A DNA stretch of 63,987 nucleotides, filler included, from Octopus bimaculoides (lineage: Eukaryota), in assembly GCF_001194135.2 (NCBI RefSeq). It is 8 parts of 7 records of this genome, joined end to end, with 100 filler letters (N's around TTAATTAATTAA, not from the genome) between each part and the next. Parts side by side here need not be neighbours in the genome. Positions count along the whole stretch, not along the records: positions 48,281 to 52,531 come from NC_068986.1; positions 52,632 to 58,858 come from NC_068986.1; positions 58,959 to 61,652 come from NC_068983.1; positions 61,753 to 62,874 come from NW_026427555.1; positions 62,975 to 63,987 come from NW_026430861.1; 3 more parts are not named here. The stretch is one strand, 5' to 3'. Both the position numbers and the translations under genes were made by a program. This document shows, in pieces, positions 50,076 to 63,987 of the stretch. Within the stretch, counting starts at the first letter, position 1, and every line of letters starts with the position of its first letter. The notes under the pieces were generated by a model that did not search any database, was not told the origin of the DNA, and was given only the letters and a program-made list of their open reading frames with translations.

Positions 50076-51124
50076 ATATATATATATACATATATATATA
50101 TACATATATGTGTATATATATGTGTGTGTGTGTATATACATATATGTGTGTGTGTGTGTGCGGTGTATAGTGAGAATTGACAAAGAGAAAAGACGAAGAC
50201 GGGTGTGTAAACAACAAACAGATGTAATAGTTTAACACTCGTTCGAACCTACGCCCTTCGACAGAAGGAGCACAGAAAAAAAAAGGAGAGAAACTAATAA
50301 GGGACTGAAACTAAAGAGGAGGGGAAATAAAAGACAGTTTGGGGACTAGAGATATGAGTGTGTCTTTGAGTCTGTGTGTTGCCTCATCTCGGCTCAACTA
50401 AAGGCGCTGGTGGTGTGTTTACGTCCCCGAAAGCTAGCGGTTCGGCAAAACAGGATTGATATTATGATTACCAGGATTTTCAAATAAACTACGATTGTTT
50501 TCTTGCTACATCATTAATTCAGCGCTACATCATTAATTCAGTCTAATGGCTGAAACATATACAGAAGATACCTAAGTATATATCTATTCATCTGCTTCTT
50601 TATGTATTTATGCATCTATTTACTTATCAATTTATCTATTCTTTTATCTAAACAAAACACATACGCACGCACATTTCATACAAATCTGAGAAAGCATGAA
50701 GTTATCGTAGAAACTATTATGTATACTTTGCGTATTTATATATTGCTAAGATCAAATCCCTCGGGAATCGACAATTTAATTATTCTTATTGATCATAATC
50801 GAAGTTTCAAAAACATACAGTCTATCACATTTACATTTCCACTTTTTAATCGACGGGAAATACTCCCGAGTAATTACCTCTCGAGGAATTGCCATTAATG
50901 TACGTAACAACCAACCTACTCATTATACGAGCGAATATTTTCTCTTTAAGCGGGTTACAATAATTATTAATATAATCCGATTTGTGAAACTCTCTTGGCA
51001 ACTAATCAGGGAAAATTTGGCTTCATCTGAAAACAAAATTTGGCACAATTAGTAGATCATATATTTCATTAAAATGAATCTTTCGTGCATTCCTTTCATA
51101 CATAAAAGAAAAAGAGCAACAAGT

Positions 51125-51254
51125 AAAGTAATAATAATAATGATAATAATAATGATAATAATAATAATGATAATAATAACAATAATAACAACAACAACAA
51201 CAATAGGAATAATAGTATTAATAATAATAATAATAATAAATAATAAAAATAATG

Positions 51255-51314
<60 letters not shown>

Positions 51315-51385
51315 TTAATAATAATAATAATAATAACAATAATAATAACAAGAGCAGTAATAATAGTAACCACGATAATAATAGC

Positions 51386-51447
<62 letters not shown>

Positions 51448-51495
51448 CAGTAATAATGATACTAATAAGAATGATAATATTATTATTATTATTAT
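51125..51495. repeat. Long (AAT)n microsatellite
   Basis: Direct inspection. Confidence 0.95.
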
Positions 51496-51594
51496 AAATA
51501 TTTTTTTCATTTTTATTATATTATCGTGCTATTACTATCATTTTCTTTGAGTGATCATTATTATCACCACCATCACCATATCGTTGATATTTCC

Positions 51595-51659
<65 letters not shown>

Positions 51660-52473
51660 GATATTGTTATTGCCTTCATCATCATCCCCAAAGCCACCAT
51701 CATCTTTATTAGTATCGTTATTGTTGTTGCTTTAAATATCCTTTAATTTATTTGTTTTCAATCAGTATGATTCAAACCAGTTTGGAATTTATTTTTTAGA
51801 CATATTCCTTCAATGAATGGTAATAAAGCAATGGTAATTTTCCGCCCCGATATCGTTGCTAGTAATTGAAATATATTCATCGTGCAGCAATTATTTTGAA
51901 AATATTGACAAATTCGCAAATAGTATTGTTGGAGGAGAAGGGATGGCAATATAATGAAGCATAAATGCATTAGAAATGTCAAAAAGGAATTTCATCGTTA
52001 TTATCATAAACAAAATTTTAACTCTTCTGGTTCAAATTGCCGAATAAAACATTGATTAGAAATATTGGCACAAGGCCAGTAATTTTGTTGGAGGGAGTGA
52101 ATCGAGTGAATATATTGTCAACCTCAAGAAGGATCAAAGGCAAAGTTGACCTCTGCAGCATTTCATCTCAAAACATGAAGACAGACGAACTACCGCTCGG
52201 CATTTTCCTCGTTGTGTTAATGATTGTACCCATAGATCATAGACTTCAATGTCTTCTTTTTTTTTTTCGTATTGGAATTTTTAACGAGATATATGCAAAT
52301 ATTAGCAGTTGCAGAAGCGACAGCTGCAGAAAATAAGAGAAGCAGCAGAAGTAAAATCCAACGTGAATTGCAGTTGCATGTGAGCCCAACTTCAACTGCA
52401 ACAAAATTTCAAATCTGCAAACAAACCAGCATCAGCTGTAAAGCGATGGTGAGGGGCAAACACAGACGCACAA

Positions 52474-52531
<58 letters not shown>

Positions 52532-52631
52532 NNNNNNNNNNNNNNNNNNNNNNNNNNNNNNNNNNNNNNNNNNNNTTAATTAATTAANNNNNNNNNNNNN
52601 NNNNNNNNNNNNNNNNNNNNNNNNNNNNNNN

Positions 52632-52700
<69 letters not shown>

Positions 52701-52905
52701 GTGTATGCATGTATGTATGTATGTATGTATGTATGTATACTTCTTTCTTATTGCATATATCCTTATGACAGTATATTCATCTTACTATATACAGCTCATC
52801 ACAGTATATATGCAACTGTATAGAGCCTCATCTCCCTCTATACATGACTCACAGACAGAGATACACACACACACACACACACACACATACACACACACAC
52901 ACACA

Positions 52906-52944
<39 letters not shown>

Positions 52945-53852
52945 CACTAATGAGTTCGCCAGCCCGTGGATATAGCTTCCAATGGAATTGATTTCTCTTC
53001 TAGATTCACTGAATGAAGACACTATCTTTATTCAAAGTTATGCTTGTCTTATCAATTATGGAGCCTCCATGTGATAGCTGATAAGCTAAAAATTACAGTC
53101 AAATCTTCTTTAAACCACATCCTACCGTCCTAGAAACAGACACAATGGATAATGTGTACCTGGAAGCCCTAAACATGGGTAAAAAAAAAAACCCGCATAG
53201 TCATGGTTGAAATGCTTTTAATCATTGGTCTTCTCAGTTAAGGTTGACCTGCAACTAAACAACAACAGCTAGGCCAGACCAATTAGCGAATAAGTCATTT
53301 TGACCTGAAGCTAATCAACACTTAAATCAGAATTGAGTGGTATGTATTCATACGTGCCAAGAATAACGCTAGAAAACAGCTATGTTGATTGCTCTATGAT
53401 TCTTTAAAATATAGAATTTTTGATGTTGTTCTTGTTATAAGAGCTGGTGGTAGAAGTGGTAGTCGCGGTGCCGATAATGATGGTTGTGGTGGTAGTCGTA
53501 GTTCTGCTGCTGTTGGTTGTTAATGCTGGTCGCCACTGTTGTTGTTTAATCTCAGATATACCCGGGTGTAGCAGACCTACTTTCAGAAACATTCAACAGC
53601 AAATTCTCCATATTTCCAAACATTACTTTTCCAAGATTGTACTGTCCGATATGTGTTCCATGTATGTGCGCTTGTGTTATATTATATCATATCATGTTGT
53701 TATGTTATATATATATATATATATATATTTATTTATAAATGTATGTAAATTATATATAGATATATATACATATATGTGTGTGCACACACATACACAAGCA
53801 CGCACGCACGCACAAATACACACACGCACACTTATGTTTGAAATATTCCTTT

Positions 53853-54052
53853 CTACTGTAGGCATAAGGCCTGAAACTTTGGGTGAGGGGTTGAGTCGAT
53901 TACATCGATACCAGTGCGTAACTGGTACTTGTTTCATCGACCCCACGAAAGGATAAAAAGCAAAGTCGACCTCGGCGGAATTTGATCTCAGAACGTTAAT
54001 GCTGCTAAGCATTTTGCCCGGCATGATAACGATTCTGCCAGCGCTCCACCTT
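53853..54052 (-). mobile_element. SINE-A copy
   Basis: Reverse complement of the family-A core and head. Confidence 0.8.
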
Positions 54053-54465
54053 ACATATATTTGAAATATTGGCGCAATAAATTTACAGCAATCGGCAATC
54101 GCATCAAGGAATCAACACTGCAACAGCAGCAACGCAATATTACAGCTAATCCGTTTACATTCTTAATATATATTGCTAATAACGATGTATAGATTATGTA
54201 AAGTCGTCTCGCTTAATTATAAAATGATAAAAATACGTGTTTCACCGAGCTGACACGTATTAAAATTTGCAGTTTAACCCAGGGGAAGTAACTTTAAATC
54301 AAAAACTTGTTCTTTAACGGGAGATAATCGACATATAGTGTAATATCTACAGTAGATCTTTATGCGTAAACTTTCTTTTTCTTTTCTTTTTGCAGCCATC
54401 TTTGATATAATGGTGATACACATATAAAATATGATACACATGGGCTATCATATATTTTTTAATAG

Positions 54466-54642
54466 GTTTCAGCCCTAAGGTTGTGGCCATGCTAGGGCAC
54501 CGCTAGTGTAATCACTTTTTCAATGGCCAATCTTATTTGATTGGCCTTTGGTGAAGGAGGAAGTTTGACAATGCAGCCCTCTTTTGCATCTCATGGCTTG
54601 ATATTGGTTCGTCTGGGACCTTGGATAGCAGGAGGTCAAACT
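54466..54642 (-). mobile_element. 3' end of the same CR1/L2-group LINE
   Basis: DLLLSKVPDEPISSHEMQKRAALSN parallels 49900-49980; tail gcggtgccctagcatggccacaaccttagggctgaaac. Confidence 0.78.
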
Positions 54643-54659
54643 GTTTATATATATTATAT

Positions 54660-54697
54660 ATAGACAGAAAGACAGACAGACAGACAGACATACAGAC

Positions 54698-54742
<45 letters not shown>

Positions 54743-54752
54743 CATACATACA

Positions 54753-54786
<34 letters not shown>

Positions 54787-54827
54787 CATACATAAAAAGT
54801 AGAGGGTAAAGAGTTGCAGAAACAAAC

Positions 54828-54864
<37 letters not shown>

Positions 54865-54867
54865 TAT

Positions 54868-54921
<54 letters not shown>

Positions 54922-54999
54922 CGGACGGACAGATAGACAGACAGACAGATACATACATACATACATACATACATACACACACATACATACATACATACA

Positions 55000-55032
<33 letters not shown>

Positions 55033-55098
55033 GCATACATACATACATATGCACCACACACATACATACATACATACATACATACATACATACATACA
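54660..55098. repeat. Compound (GACA)/(GATA)/(CATA)n tandem repeats
   Basis: Direct inspection. Confidence 0.95.
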
Positions 55099-55235
55099 TA
55101 GGTCCTTTCAAATAGAAGCGCAAGGACTGAGATTTGGTGGGATGGTGTAGTCGATTATAACGACCTTAATACTCAACTAGTACTAATTTTATCGACCCTA
55201 AAAAGTGAGATTTGAACTGAAAAATGCCACTAAAC

Positions 55236-55280
55236 ATAATACCTTAGGAATGAGAGCCCAGGTTTGAAATTTCTCAAAAC
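55236..55280 (+). mobile_element. Short fragment of the hammerhead-SINE body
   Basis: ataccttaggaatgagagcccaggtttgaaatttc matches 12391-12426; stops before the ribozyme motif. Confidence 0.6.
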
Positions 55281-56346
55281 GCGTCTCTTAGTCGAAAAGG
55301 TATCTCACCAGAAATATTGATTCACACATGATTACAATAGTATGAAGGGAGAGCACTCTATTCATACTTGTAGTTATCAAGGGCAGTTACTCTAAATGAT
55401 TTATTACAACAGCTGGTGTAAATAAACCTTGAAATCCACGGCTTATTGATGTGGTAAGCGCTGCAATCATTGGGTGTTTTGTGGCTCCTGGTTAACCTCG
55501 CACGGAGAACTCAGAGAAGTAGCTGGTCACAGGGATTTCACATTTCTGTCTTGCGGTGGAGCTCACGATGACAAAGATTAAGTAAGTATAATCTGAAAGA
55601 AACAAAAAATACGTCATGCTGTTTAGTTTTGACGTGGTTTCCAACAGATTAGATCTCAAGCAGCTTCCTGCAACTAGAAGCGGAATTAATCGTCTTTAGG
55701 TTTCCCTTTTCACTCTAAAAAGTTCACAGTGAATTGATCGCAGTGAACTCTCCTGCGATAACTTGATGGCGGTGATCTTACCTGTAGTCGTTGGTCACAA
55801 CAGGAACGGAGATGGTGGATTCAATCGACGTACGATATTTACTGTTCCTTTGTACTTACCATAGACGGTGTACATTCCAACAGTGTTGCAGCTAATAAGT
55901 TGTTGCTATTGTGTTTATGGAATGCCAGTCGAAGCGGGTTCAGATTTTGTTGGGAGTGAGTGAGAATGATACCGTTCTTGTGATAGATGTAGAAGATCAG
56001 TTTCAGCGTTTGGAAGTGACCGGAATGCAGAGAGAAAAGACGGCATTAAATTAATAATGCTGTGGTGACAAACATTTCTGTTTTCATTTATAGACGTTAT
56101 GCACCAGCGTATGAAAAATATATATATAATATAGGCTAAATTAAGCTATAGCCGTCACTTACAAGCAAGAACTACTTGGTAGAATGTACCATGCTTTCGC
56201 TACAACACTAAATTGTACTCGTGTCGTCGCAAGTAGACACAGGCACATTCTCTGTTCTCCCACTCTTGACTCGGTGGAACATCCTGGATGTGACAGCTGG
56301 AGGATTAGAGGGTTATACCAGCACTATTTTGGTTCTTTATCTCTGT

Positions 56347-56397
<51 letters not shown>

Positions 56398-56400
<3 letters not shown>

Positions 56401-56483
56401 GGTGACCCAAAAAAATCAGAACCCACAAATCTTTGAATAAAACTTAATTTTAATTTTATTTCTTTTCTTTTTCAGGGTGTACA
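56398..56483 (+). mobile_element. Tc1/mariner-like left terminus running into a gap
   Basis: agggtgacccaaaaaaatcagaacccac TIR-like start. Confidence 0.4.
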
Positions 56484-57507
56484 ANNNNNNNNNNNNNNNN
56501 NNNNNNNNNNNNNNNNNNNNNNNNNNNNNNNNNNNNNNNNNNNNNNNNNNNNNNNNNNNNNNNNNNNNNNNNNNNNNNNNNNNNNNNNNNNNNNNNNNNN
56601 NNNNNNNNNNNNNNNNNNNNNNNNNNNNNNNNNNNNNNNNNNNNNNNNNNNNNNNNNNNNNNNNNNNNNNNNNNNNNNNNNNNNNNNNNNNNNNNNNNNN
56701 NNNNNNNNNNNNNNNNNNNNNNNNNNNNNNNNNNNNNNNNNNNNNNNNNNNNNNNNNNNNNNNNNNNNNNNNNNNNNNNNNNNNNNNNNNNNNNNNNNNN
56801 NNNNNNNNNNNNNNNNNNNNNNNNNNNNNNNNNNNNNNNNNNNNNNNNNNNNNNNNNNNNNNNNNNNNNNNNNNNNNNNNNNNNNNNNNNNNNNNNNNNN
56901 NNNNNNNNNNNNNNNNNNNNNNNNNNNNNNNNNNNNNNNNNNNNNNNNNNNNNNNNNNNNNNNNNNNNNNNNNNNNNNNNNNNNNNNNNNNNNNNNNNNN
57001 NNNNNNNNNNNNNNNNNNNNNNNNNNNNNNNNNNNNNNNNNNNNNNNNNNNNNNNNNNNNNNNNNNNNNNNNNNNNNNNNNNNNNNNNNNNNNNNNNNNN
57101 NNNNNNNNNNNNNNNNNNNNNNNNNNNNNNNNNNNNNNNNNNNNNNNNNNNNNNNNNNNNNNNNNNNNNNNNNNNNNNNNNNNNNNNNNNNNNNNNNNNN
57201 NNNNNNNNNNNNNNNNNNNNNNNNNNNNNNNNNNNNNNNNNNNNNNNNNNNNNNNNNNNNNNNNNNNNNNNNNNNNNNNNNNNNNNNNNNNNNNNNNNNN
57301 NNNNNNNNNNNNNNNNNNNNNNNNNNNNNNNNNNNNNNNNNNNNNNNNNNNNNNNNNNNNNNNNNNNNNNNNNNNNNNNNNNNNNNNNNNNNNNNNNNNN
57401 NNNNNNNNNNNNNNNNNNNNNNNNNNNNNNNNNNNNNNNNNNNNNNNNNNNNNNNNNNNNNNNNNNNNNNNNNNNGTATGTATGCATGTATGTATGTATG
57501 TATGTAT

Positions 57508-57690
57508 ATCTTTTTATCTTTTACTTGTTTCATTCATTACACTCCAGCCCATATTGGGGCACAACCTTGGAGAAGTTTTAATCGAATGAATCGATCAGTA
57601 CATTTTCTTTTTTAAGCTGGAACTTATTTTATCGTTTTCTTTTGCCGAACTGCTAGTTATGGGGACGTAAATACAGTTAAAAGACGCATA
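57508..57690 (-). mobile_element. SINE-B 3' half
   Basis: ttttacttgtttcattcatt..tttgccgaactgctagttatggggacgtaaa. Confidence 0.7.
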
Positions 57691-57723
57691 CACATACATG
57701 TATGGTTATAGGCGTGTATGTGG

Positions 57724-57773
<50 letters not shown>

Positions 57774-58252
57774 TTCTGGGGACTAATGGGTGTATGCCAA
57801 TTACTGTGTTGTGTAAACTGTCCATTATGGCTAGGATATTGTGCAACTTATTGTGTTGCATCTATCTGTGTAGTTTGTGTCATATCAGGTATATGCATAA
57901 AGAAGGGGATGTCTTAGGCATGTTGTTCTTGCCCACTGTATTTTGGTTATGACCGGCTAATGGAGCTAGCCACGGTTCTCCGTGAATATATAACATAAAA
58001 TTAGAATCATACAATCATAAAATATAGAGAGTAGAATCTGTCAAAGAAAGATTGCAACTCAACCTCATAGTCCCAAGTTCAGTTTCACTGTACAAGTGTG
58101 TAGTAACTATGTCAGTATTAGATGTTACCCAGCAATTACATGGTTTGAGGTTTGTTTCCCAACCATGTTTCAGGTTCAGTCTCTCTGTGTTGCACCTTGG
58201 GCAAGTGTCTTCGATGATTGTAACAACTTTACCGTTGTTACAATCATCTGAA

Positions 58253-58857
58253 ATGGAACTGTCAAAGCGCAATGTTCGAGCAATTTTGCTAATCAACTTC
58301 AAAAAGGACGTAAAGTAGCTGAAACTGCTCGCGATATCAACGAAACGTTTGGGGAGGAAATGACCAGTGAGTGGTCAATTCGAAAATGGTCTAAATGATT
58401 TCGCAGTGGAAACGTAAGCCTTGAAAATCGTGAGCGTAGTGGACGCCCGTCTGTCATCGATGACGGTCAATTAAAGACTGCCATTGAGATAAAACCACTC
58501 GAGAATTGGCAAAAGAACTTCAAGTTAGCCAGAAAATTGCTTTCAACCATTTGCATGCAATCGGAAAATCAAAAAAGCTCAACAAATGGGTACCACACGA
58601 TTTGAATGAAAATCAGAAAATGCGCAGATATGAAATTTGCTCGTCGCTTCTTCTCTGTAACCAGACTGATCCGTTTCTCAGCCGTATTGTAACTTGCGAT
58701 GAAAAGTGGATTCTGTGCAATGATAAAAAACGTTCTTCGCAGTGGTTGGACCAAAATGAAGCACCGAAAACCTTCTCTAAACCCGAGCTCTTCAAAAAGA
58801 AGGTTATGGTGACTGTTTGGTGGTGTACTGCTGGATTCATCCATTATAACTTCTAAA
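58253..58857 (+). pseudogene. Mariner transposase 5' half, truncated by a gap
   Basis: MELSKRNVRAILL.., SGRPS, KWVPHDL, RIVTCDEKWI, KKVMVTVWW with stops and frameshifts. Confidence 0.9.
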
Positions 58858-58958
58858 ANNNNNNNNNNNNNNNNNNNNNNNNNNNNNNNNNNNNNNNNNN
58901 NNTTAATTAATTAANNNNNNNNNNNNNNNNNNNNNNNNNNNNNNNNNNNNNNNNNNNN

Positions 58959-58990
<32 letters not shown>

Positions 58991-61752
58991 CACTCCCAAA
59001 CATAAGATAAACTCTTTTAGTTCAATTTTTTATAATTTTTTACTGATATTTAATGAGACACATTGATACCGGTAATATTTTCTTTATATAACTTTTTATT
59101 AAATTCCATCTTAAAGTAAAATGTCTTACTTCTGTGCTATTTCCACCTCCATATTACATATATATACATACAACGGGCTTCTTTCATGTTCCGTCTATTC
59201 AATCCACTCACATGTTTTCGTCAGACATTTTGCCAAAGTTGTTGCACAGTGTGATTGAACCCGGAGGTTTGAGCTTGCAAAGCAACCTTTTCTTACCACA
59301 AAGCCATGCGTGCGCCTAGACACCTGCCCAAGGTACCACGTGAATTACTTTCAGAAAGCAATAGCCCTGTGGGGACAGAGAAGACATATTTATCATCCCA
59401 CAAATAAAATTCGCAATTCAATCTACAACCATAACTTTGCAAAATGTTAAGGTTCCAAACATACAGATATATGTTGGGAACTCTTTCAAAATTACTTAGT
59501 GGTCTCATCCTTAAGTACTGAAGGTTTATAATTATAATGTAAAATCATTTTAGAGGGTCACTTTCAGTTTCGAACCGCCTGCATGTTAGATACTTTAAAA
59601 ATAAGAACGGTATATTCATTATAAAATAATATGTATGTTACAACCAAAATGTCCCATTGAATATTTTCTATCCATATTCTAACAGGGGTAGGTTTACTTG
59701 TAAGTCTTTTACGATTCAATATGCGTCATGATTAGAAGAAATACGCCATCTATCTTTTCAATCTTCCAATGTAATTTGAACGAATACTCTTATGCAACTC
59801 TTTATATTTTCTATTTTAATAACCGCAGACAAATAAGACAGGAATGATTGATGAAAACACCACTTTAATTTTTTCATCCGAAATAGTGAGAGTTTGTTTG
59901 TGTTTCCCGCAAAAGAGGAAATTGTTTGTCAAATTTTGAAACTGAAGTATGTACTAAGCGTCAGTTATGAATAAGAATTGGTAGCCAAATTAAATGCTCC
60001 GACAGATTTAATGTAACCCTTAGGAAGAATATATATTGATTATTGTAATGATATCTAGGCTTTCAAATCTTTAACAACTATTTCAGATACAGGAATATTT
60101 TCTGATAAATGTTGTGAGTTTAGCTTTCTCGTACATATAATATTATAGTGTTTTTCTTCCAGATTTTTAAACTTTACTCATACAGTTTCATGAGAATCAG
60201 TTTCTATGCTTTAAGAAAAGATTCAGCGATTCTTACAAACAGGAAACATTTTTAGCTTGATACATGTCTACGTAGCCTTCAGACAAAAGCACGGTACAAC
60301 TAAAGGATTTCTGACGAAATTACCATTATATTTCTTCTCAGTTGTATAAATATGATAAATCGCAGATATTAGGATTTTAGAAAATACTATTATCTGTCAA
60401 CCACTAGATATCAAGCATGACTGTTACAACTCATCATTCAAACAAAGCTGATTAATATTATTTTCGCATACTGATTCAAGCCCACCGTGCTATATTATTT
60501 TCGGAGGTATATATGGATTCACATTTGTTCGCTCAAATTTCGAATCGCTAGCAATGATTAAACACGAAATTCTAATAACTGGAGATTTAAAGTCAGAATC
60601 AAAAGATTTTAATTATTTTGAAGCTGCAAACTTATGTTGGCAATTTATACCGTTTTTTCACATGAAATATTTAGCAATATTCAAATTATTTATCAACTCT
60701 AACTGGTTATTTATTTAAAAAAATTATGAAAGAGAATCGAAACCAACATTATCTTTGAAAAGAAAGGCATCGACATACTACGCTGATACATATTATAATA
60801 CGCTCTATTTGTTATAAAAATTTTATCATTGTTCCATTAAATATTTTACTATATATACGCGTTGTATTGCCTGTCATGAACACGGATTTTAACATGATTC
60901 ACAAATATATGCCCGAGCAATCTCGACCAGAAGATGTCAAAACTAATACATATTAATATCCAAGTGGTTTTTGTATGAGTCAGTTCAATTTTCTACAGAC
61001 TGTTTTCTTTAAGAAAAACAATCAATATGTTATATCTTGGGAGGGTCACTATGCCAATACCACACACATTCACTGGGTCTGTTGCTGTTTATGTTCATTA
61101 GTCATTGGTAAGGTTTTTAACTGTTTAACTATCCAATTGTTAGAAAACTTGATCAGTCAACAACATAGGTCAGCTAGCTTCGTGCGAGTCTTTTCGTAAC
61201 ATTTGCTATCCGACCTCATCAATGATATTTCCCTACCTCTTAACCTCTGTTATAGGCATATCTGTCTGAAATAGAAATATGAAATAAACAGCAGTAATGC
61301 GAAATATTCAGTGCCATATGGATTTATTTGTATGTGTTGTTATAATATTTAGGGGCGAATGTGTTAGAGCAAATACAATAGATTAATAGTAAAGGTAAAT
61401 TAAGTAAAGTTTAAAAAGAAAGGTTTTAGTTAGTAAGGGCGGCAGTTATTCATTGTATAGTAATATACTAGGACATTTTTCTGTGTCATTAGTAACCCAT
61501 AAAAACGGCTAAGCGGTTTCTATGCTGTTGAAGTGACCGAAATAACATTTGTCCTGCTTGGGACTGCGGTCCGTTGCCAGGTACCATGCCACTAAGTTTG
61601 AGGTGATATGGATGAAAAGCAACGTTGAACTGGGGGTATTTGAAACCAGAACNNNNNNNNNNNNNNNNNNNNNNNNNNNNNNNNNNNNNNNNNNNNTTAA
61701 TTAATTAANNNNNNNNNNNNNNNNNNNNNNNNNNNNNNNNNNNNNNNNNNNN

Positions 61753-61788
<36 letters not shown>

Positions 61789-62599
61789 GCAAACACACAA
61801 ACACACACACTCACACACACTCGCACAAGCACAAACATCGAGCAAGTGCAGTCAGTAACCTACATAGAAAGACCTGATCATGTGGAAAATAGGGAATAAG
61901 CCAAAAATGTGTTATGTTTGAAACAATGATGGCAAATGGTGGTAAAATTGTTAATGCTTCGGTGAAAATGTCTAACCGTGTACATTTAGAATTTTAAATT
62001 TCGTTGGTATTCCTCAATAATTAATAAAACAAAGAACTAGTGAACTACTAGGACCGACATAAAAGGAAAATACCCGCCAGAAAATTAGATGGTCTTATGC
62101 CTATAATCGAAATTTTGATAGCAATCTTATATATTTGTCGATAATGTTGGCTATCAACCGGTACTTTAATTTACGTATAAAAATAAAAAATAAAAATCTA
62201 CATAATAATCACAACAAAAAACAATATTTTCCTTACTGTCCGTCTGACCGTCTGAGTTAAAAGACCTCTCAGTGACCCAGGGTGGGAGATGGTGGGATGA
62301 AAAATTAACTCGTCATTCCAAGACTCAGCTACAAGATCTGACACAGAGAAAGACATCAAAGGATGTCATATTCTTTGCTTTGATTATTTCCTTCTTTTGC
62401 TTTGTTGTTTTAATATCGCTGTTACAGTATGGTAGAGATTGTGCGTGCGCGCACACGCGTGTGTGTATATACATATCTTTGCAACTGTGTTTACATTATG
62501 TGCCACTGTGGCTATATGAGTGTACGACTGCGTGTGTATATTTGTGCATGTATGAACATTTCATAGTGTATGTATACGTATGCTACGTTATGTATCTGC

Positions 62600-62634
<35 letters not shown>

Positions 62635-62974
62635 CATTATGTATTTTTATATCTTCTATGTTTTATTGCGTATTAATATATGTATGTTTGTGTGTGTGCA
62701 TGTGTGTGAATATGGGTGCTTTTTTTGGGGTATTTGTGGGTGAGGAAATTCCTTTTATCCTGTGTGTGCATGTGTGTCTCTGTTATTCGAAATATCAGTT
62801 TATATGTTATGTGTATTTGTATTTTTGTGTGCGGTTGTATATGTGTATACGTATGTATATTTGTGTATAGTTTGNNNNNNNNNNNNNNNNNNNNNNNNNN
62901 NNNNNNNNNNNNNNNNNNTTAATTAATTAANNNNNNNNNNNNNNNNNNNNNNNNNNNNNNNNNNNNNNNNNNNN

Positions 62975-63690
62975 GAAGGGGTTTGTGTGTTGTCTACCTT
63001 CCTATTTATTAGGACTTTGGTTTTTGCCAGGTTGACTCTAAGGCCCTTCAATTCTCGTCCTTGCTTCCACACCTGAAACTTCTCCTGTAGTTCTGATAGT
63101 GACTCAGCAATTAGTGCAAGGTCATCAGCATAGAGGAGCTGCCAGGGGCATCCTGTTATTGCCAGGAAGACTATGATAAATAGGAGGGGGCTGAGGACAG
63201 AGCCTTGGTAACCCCTACCTCTACCCGGAATTCTTCACTGTACTCGTTGCCAACCCTCACCTTACTGATAGCATCTCTGTACATGGCTCGCACAGCTCTC
63301 ACTAACCATTCTTCTATCTCTAGTTTCCTCATTGACCACCAGATAAGGGATTGGGGGACCCTNNNNNNNNNNGATAGCATCTCTGTACATGGCTCGCACA
63401 GCTCTCACTAACCATTCTTCTATCTCTAGTTTCCTCATTGACCACCAGATAAGGGATTGGGGGACCCTGTCAAAGGCTTTCTCCATGTCAACGAAAGCCA
63501 GGTACAGAGGTTTATCCTTGGCTAGGTATTTCTTCTGCAGCTGTCTTACCAGAAATATAGCATCAGTAGTGCTTTTCCCAGGCATGAACCCAAACTGCAT
63601 CGCATCTAAACTGACCCGCTCCCTGAGTAGTTGGGCTATTACCCTCTCCGTGACTTTCATTACCTGATCTAACAACTTGATACCCCTGTA
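62975..63690 (-). pseudogene. RTE-clade LINE reverse transcriptase fragment
   Basis: QFGFMPGKSTTDAIF, AFVDMEKAFDRVP, (H)QGSVLSPLLF, LYADDL (63121-63132), GLRVNLAKTK; one frameshift; a segment is duplicated across a 10-N gap. Confidence 0.92.
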
Positions 63691-63727
63691 ATCATGTAAA
63701 TAATAATAATAATGGTATTTTTTATAT

Positions 63728-63987
63728 AAGCTTAAAGTTTATGGCGTTCACCGTGCAATGACTAAGGAAAATAGTGTAATAACGAGGCATATAAGCACTC
63801 GACAGAAAAAAGAAGGCTTTCCTATCCATGTGTGAAGGTAGCACACACAGTCATGTTAACAAAGGGATGTGGATTCGCGTCCCACGCAGATGGGAAAGTC
63901 TTCTTTTTTCTGTCGAGGGCTTATATGCTCCGTTATAAGACTATTTTCGTTAGTCATTGCACGGTGAATGGCATAAGCTTTAAGCTT
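63728..63987. mobile_element. Fold-back element with ~105-bp inverted arms and a tRNA-B-box-like centre
   Basis: Left arm aagcttaaag..ttcaccgtgcaatgactaa..cgacagaaaaaagaag pairs with the right arm up to the window edge; centre ggatgtggattcgcgtcccac. Confidence 0.8.

Noticed and set aside
50242-50266. Minus-strand tgtcgaagggcgtaggttcgaa, possibly a truncated PLE terminal-repeat ribozyme
   Set aside because: The 3' half is missing and the identification rests on recall only.
9570-55123. Poly-I/M/L/N/S and YIYI/CVCV/HTHT ORFs
   Set aside because: Translations of microsatellites.
55782-56040. Two minus-strand GTAAG donors 78 nt apart in unique CpG-containing DNA
   Set aside because: No convincing frame or acceptor; donor motifs are frequent by chance in 64 kb.
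868-57589. Long ORFs in the ORF track made of X runs
   Set aside because: They are translations through N gaps and flanking (TA)n, not genes.
23310-62930. Identical TTAATTAATTAA islands inside N gaps (23310, 36270, 48226, 52576, 58903, 61697, 62919)
   Set aside because: Same 12-mer centred in similar-sized gaps; an assembly or scaffolding marker, not biology.

Overview
Eukaryotic, AT-rich, repeat-saturated draft-assembly DNA with many N gaps. The tRNA-derived SINE set and the dense (TA)n/(AAT)n/(CAT)n microsatellites look like an Octopus (coleoid cephalopod) genome; this is inferred from recall, not from a search. No intact protein-coding gene, rRNA, true tRNA or CRISPR array is supportable; two candidate host exons (478-705 +, 39480-39649 -) are weak calls. 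The window is mostly mobile DNA: at least four tRNA-headed SINE families (my labels A, B, C, E, plus a C/E hybrid), an RTE-type 3'-tail family (D), decayed mariner/Tc1 elements, hAT- and piggyBac-like MITEs, CR1/L2, RTE and R4/Dong LINE relics, and many Penelope-like element (PLE) fragments. The main lead is 12179-12528: a tRNA-like Pol III head followed by an almost canonical minimal hammerhead ribozyme motif, inserted with PLE-style outward-facing inverted ends and an approximately 12-bp target duplication. Three more degenerate hammerhead motifs sit in other PLE-like insertions (4204, 13073, 40947). All folds and translations were done by eye and need computational and biochemical confirmation.
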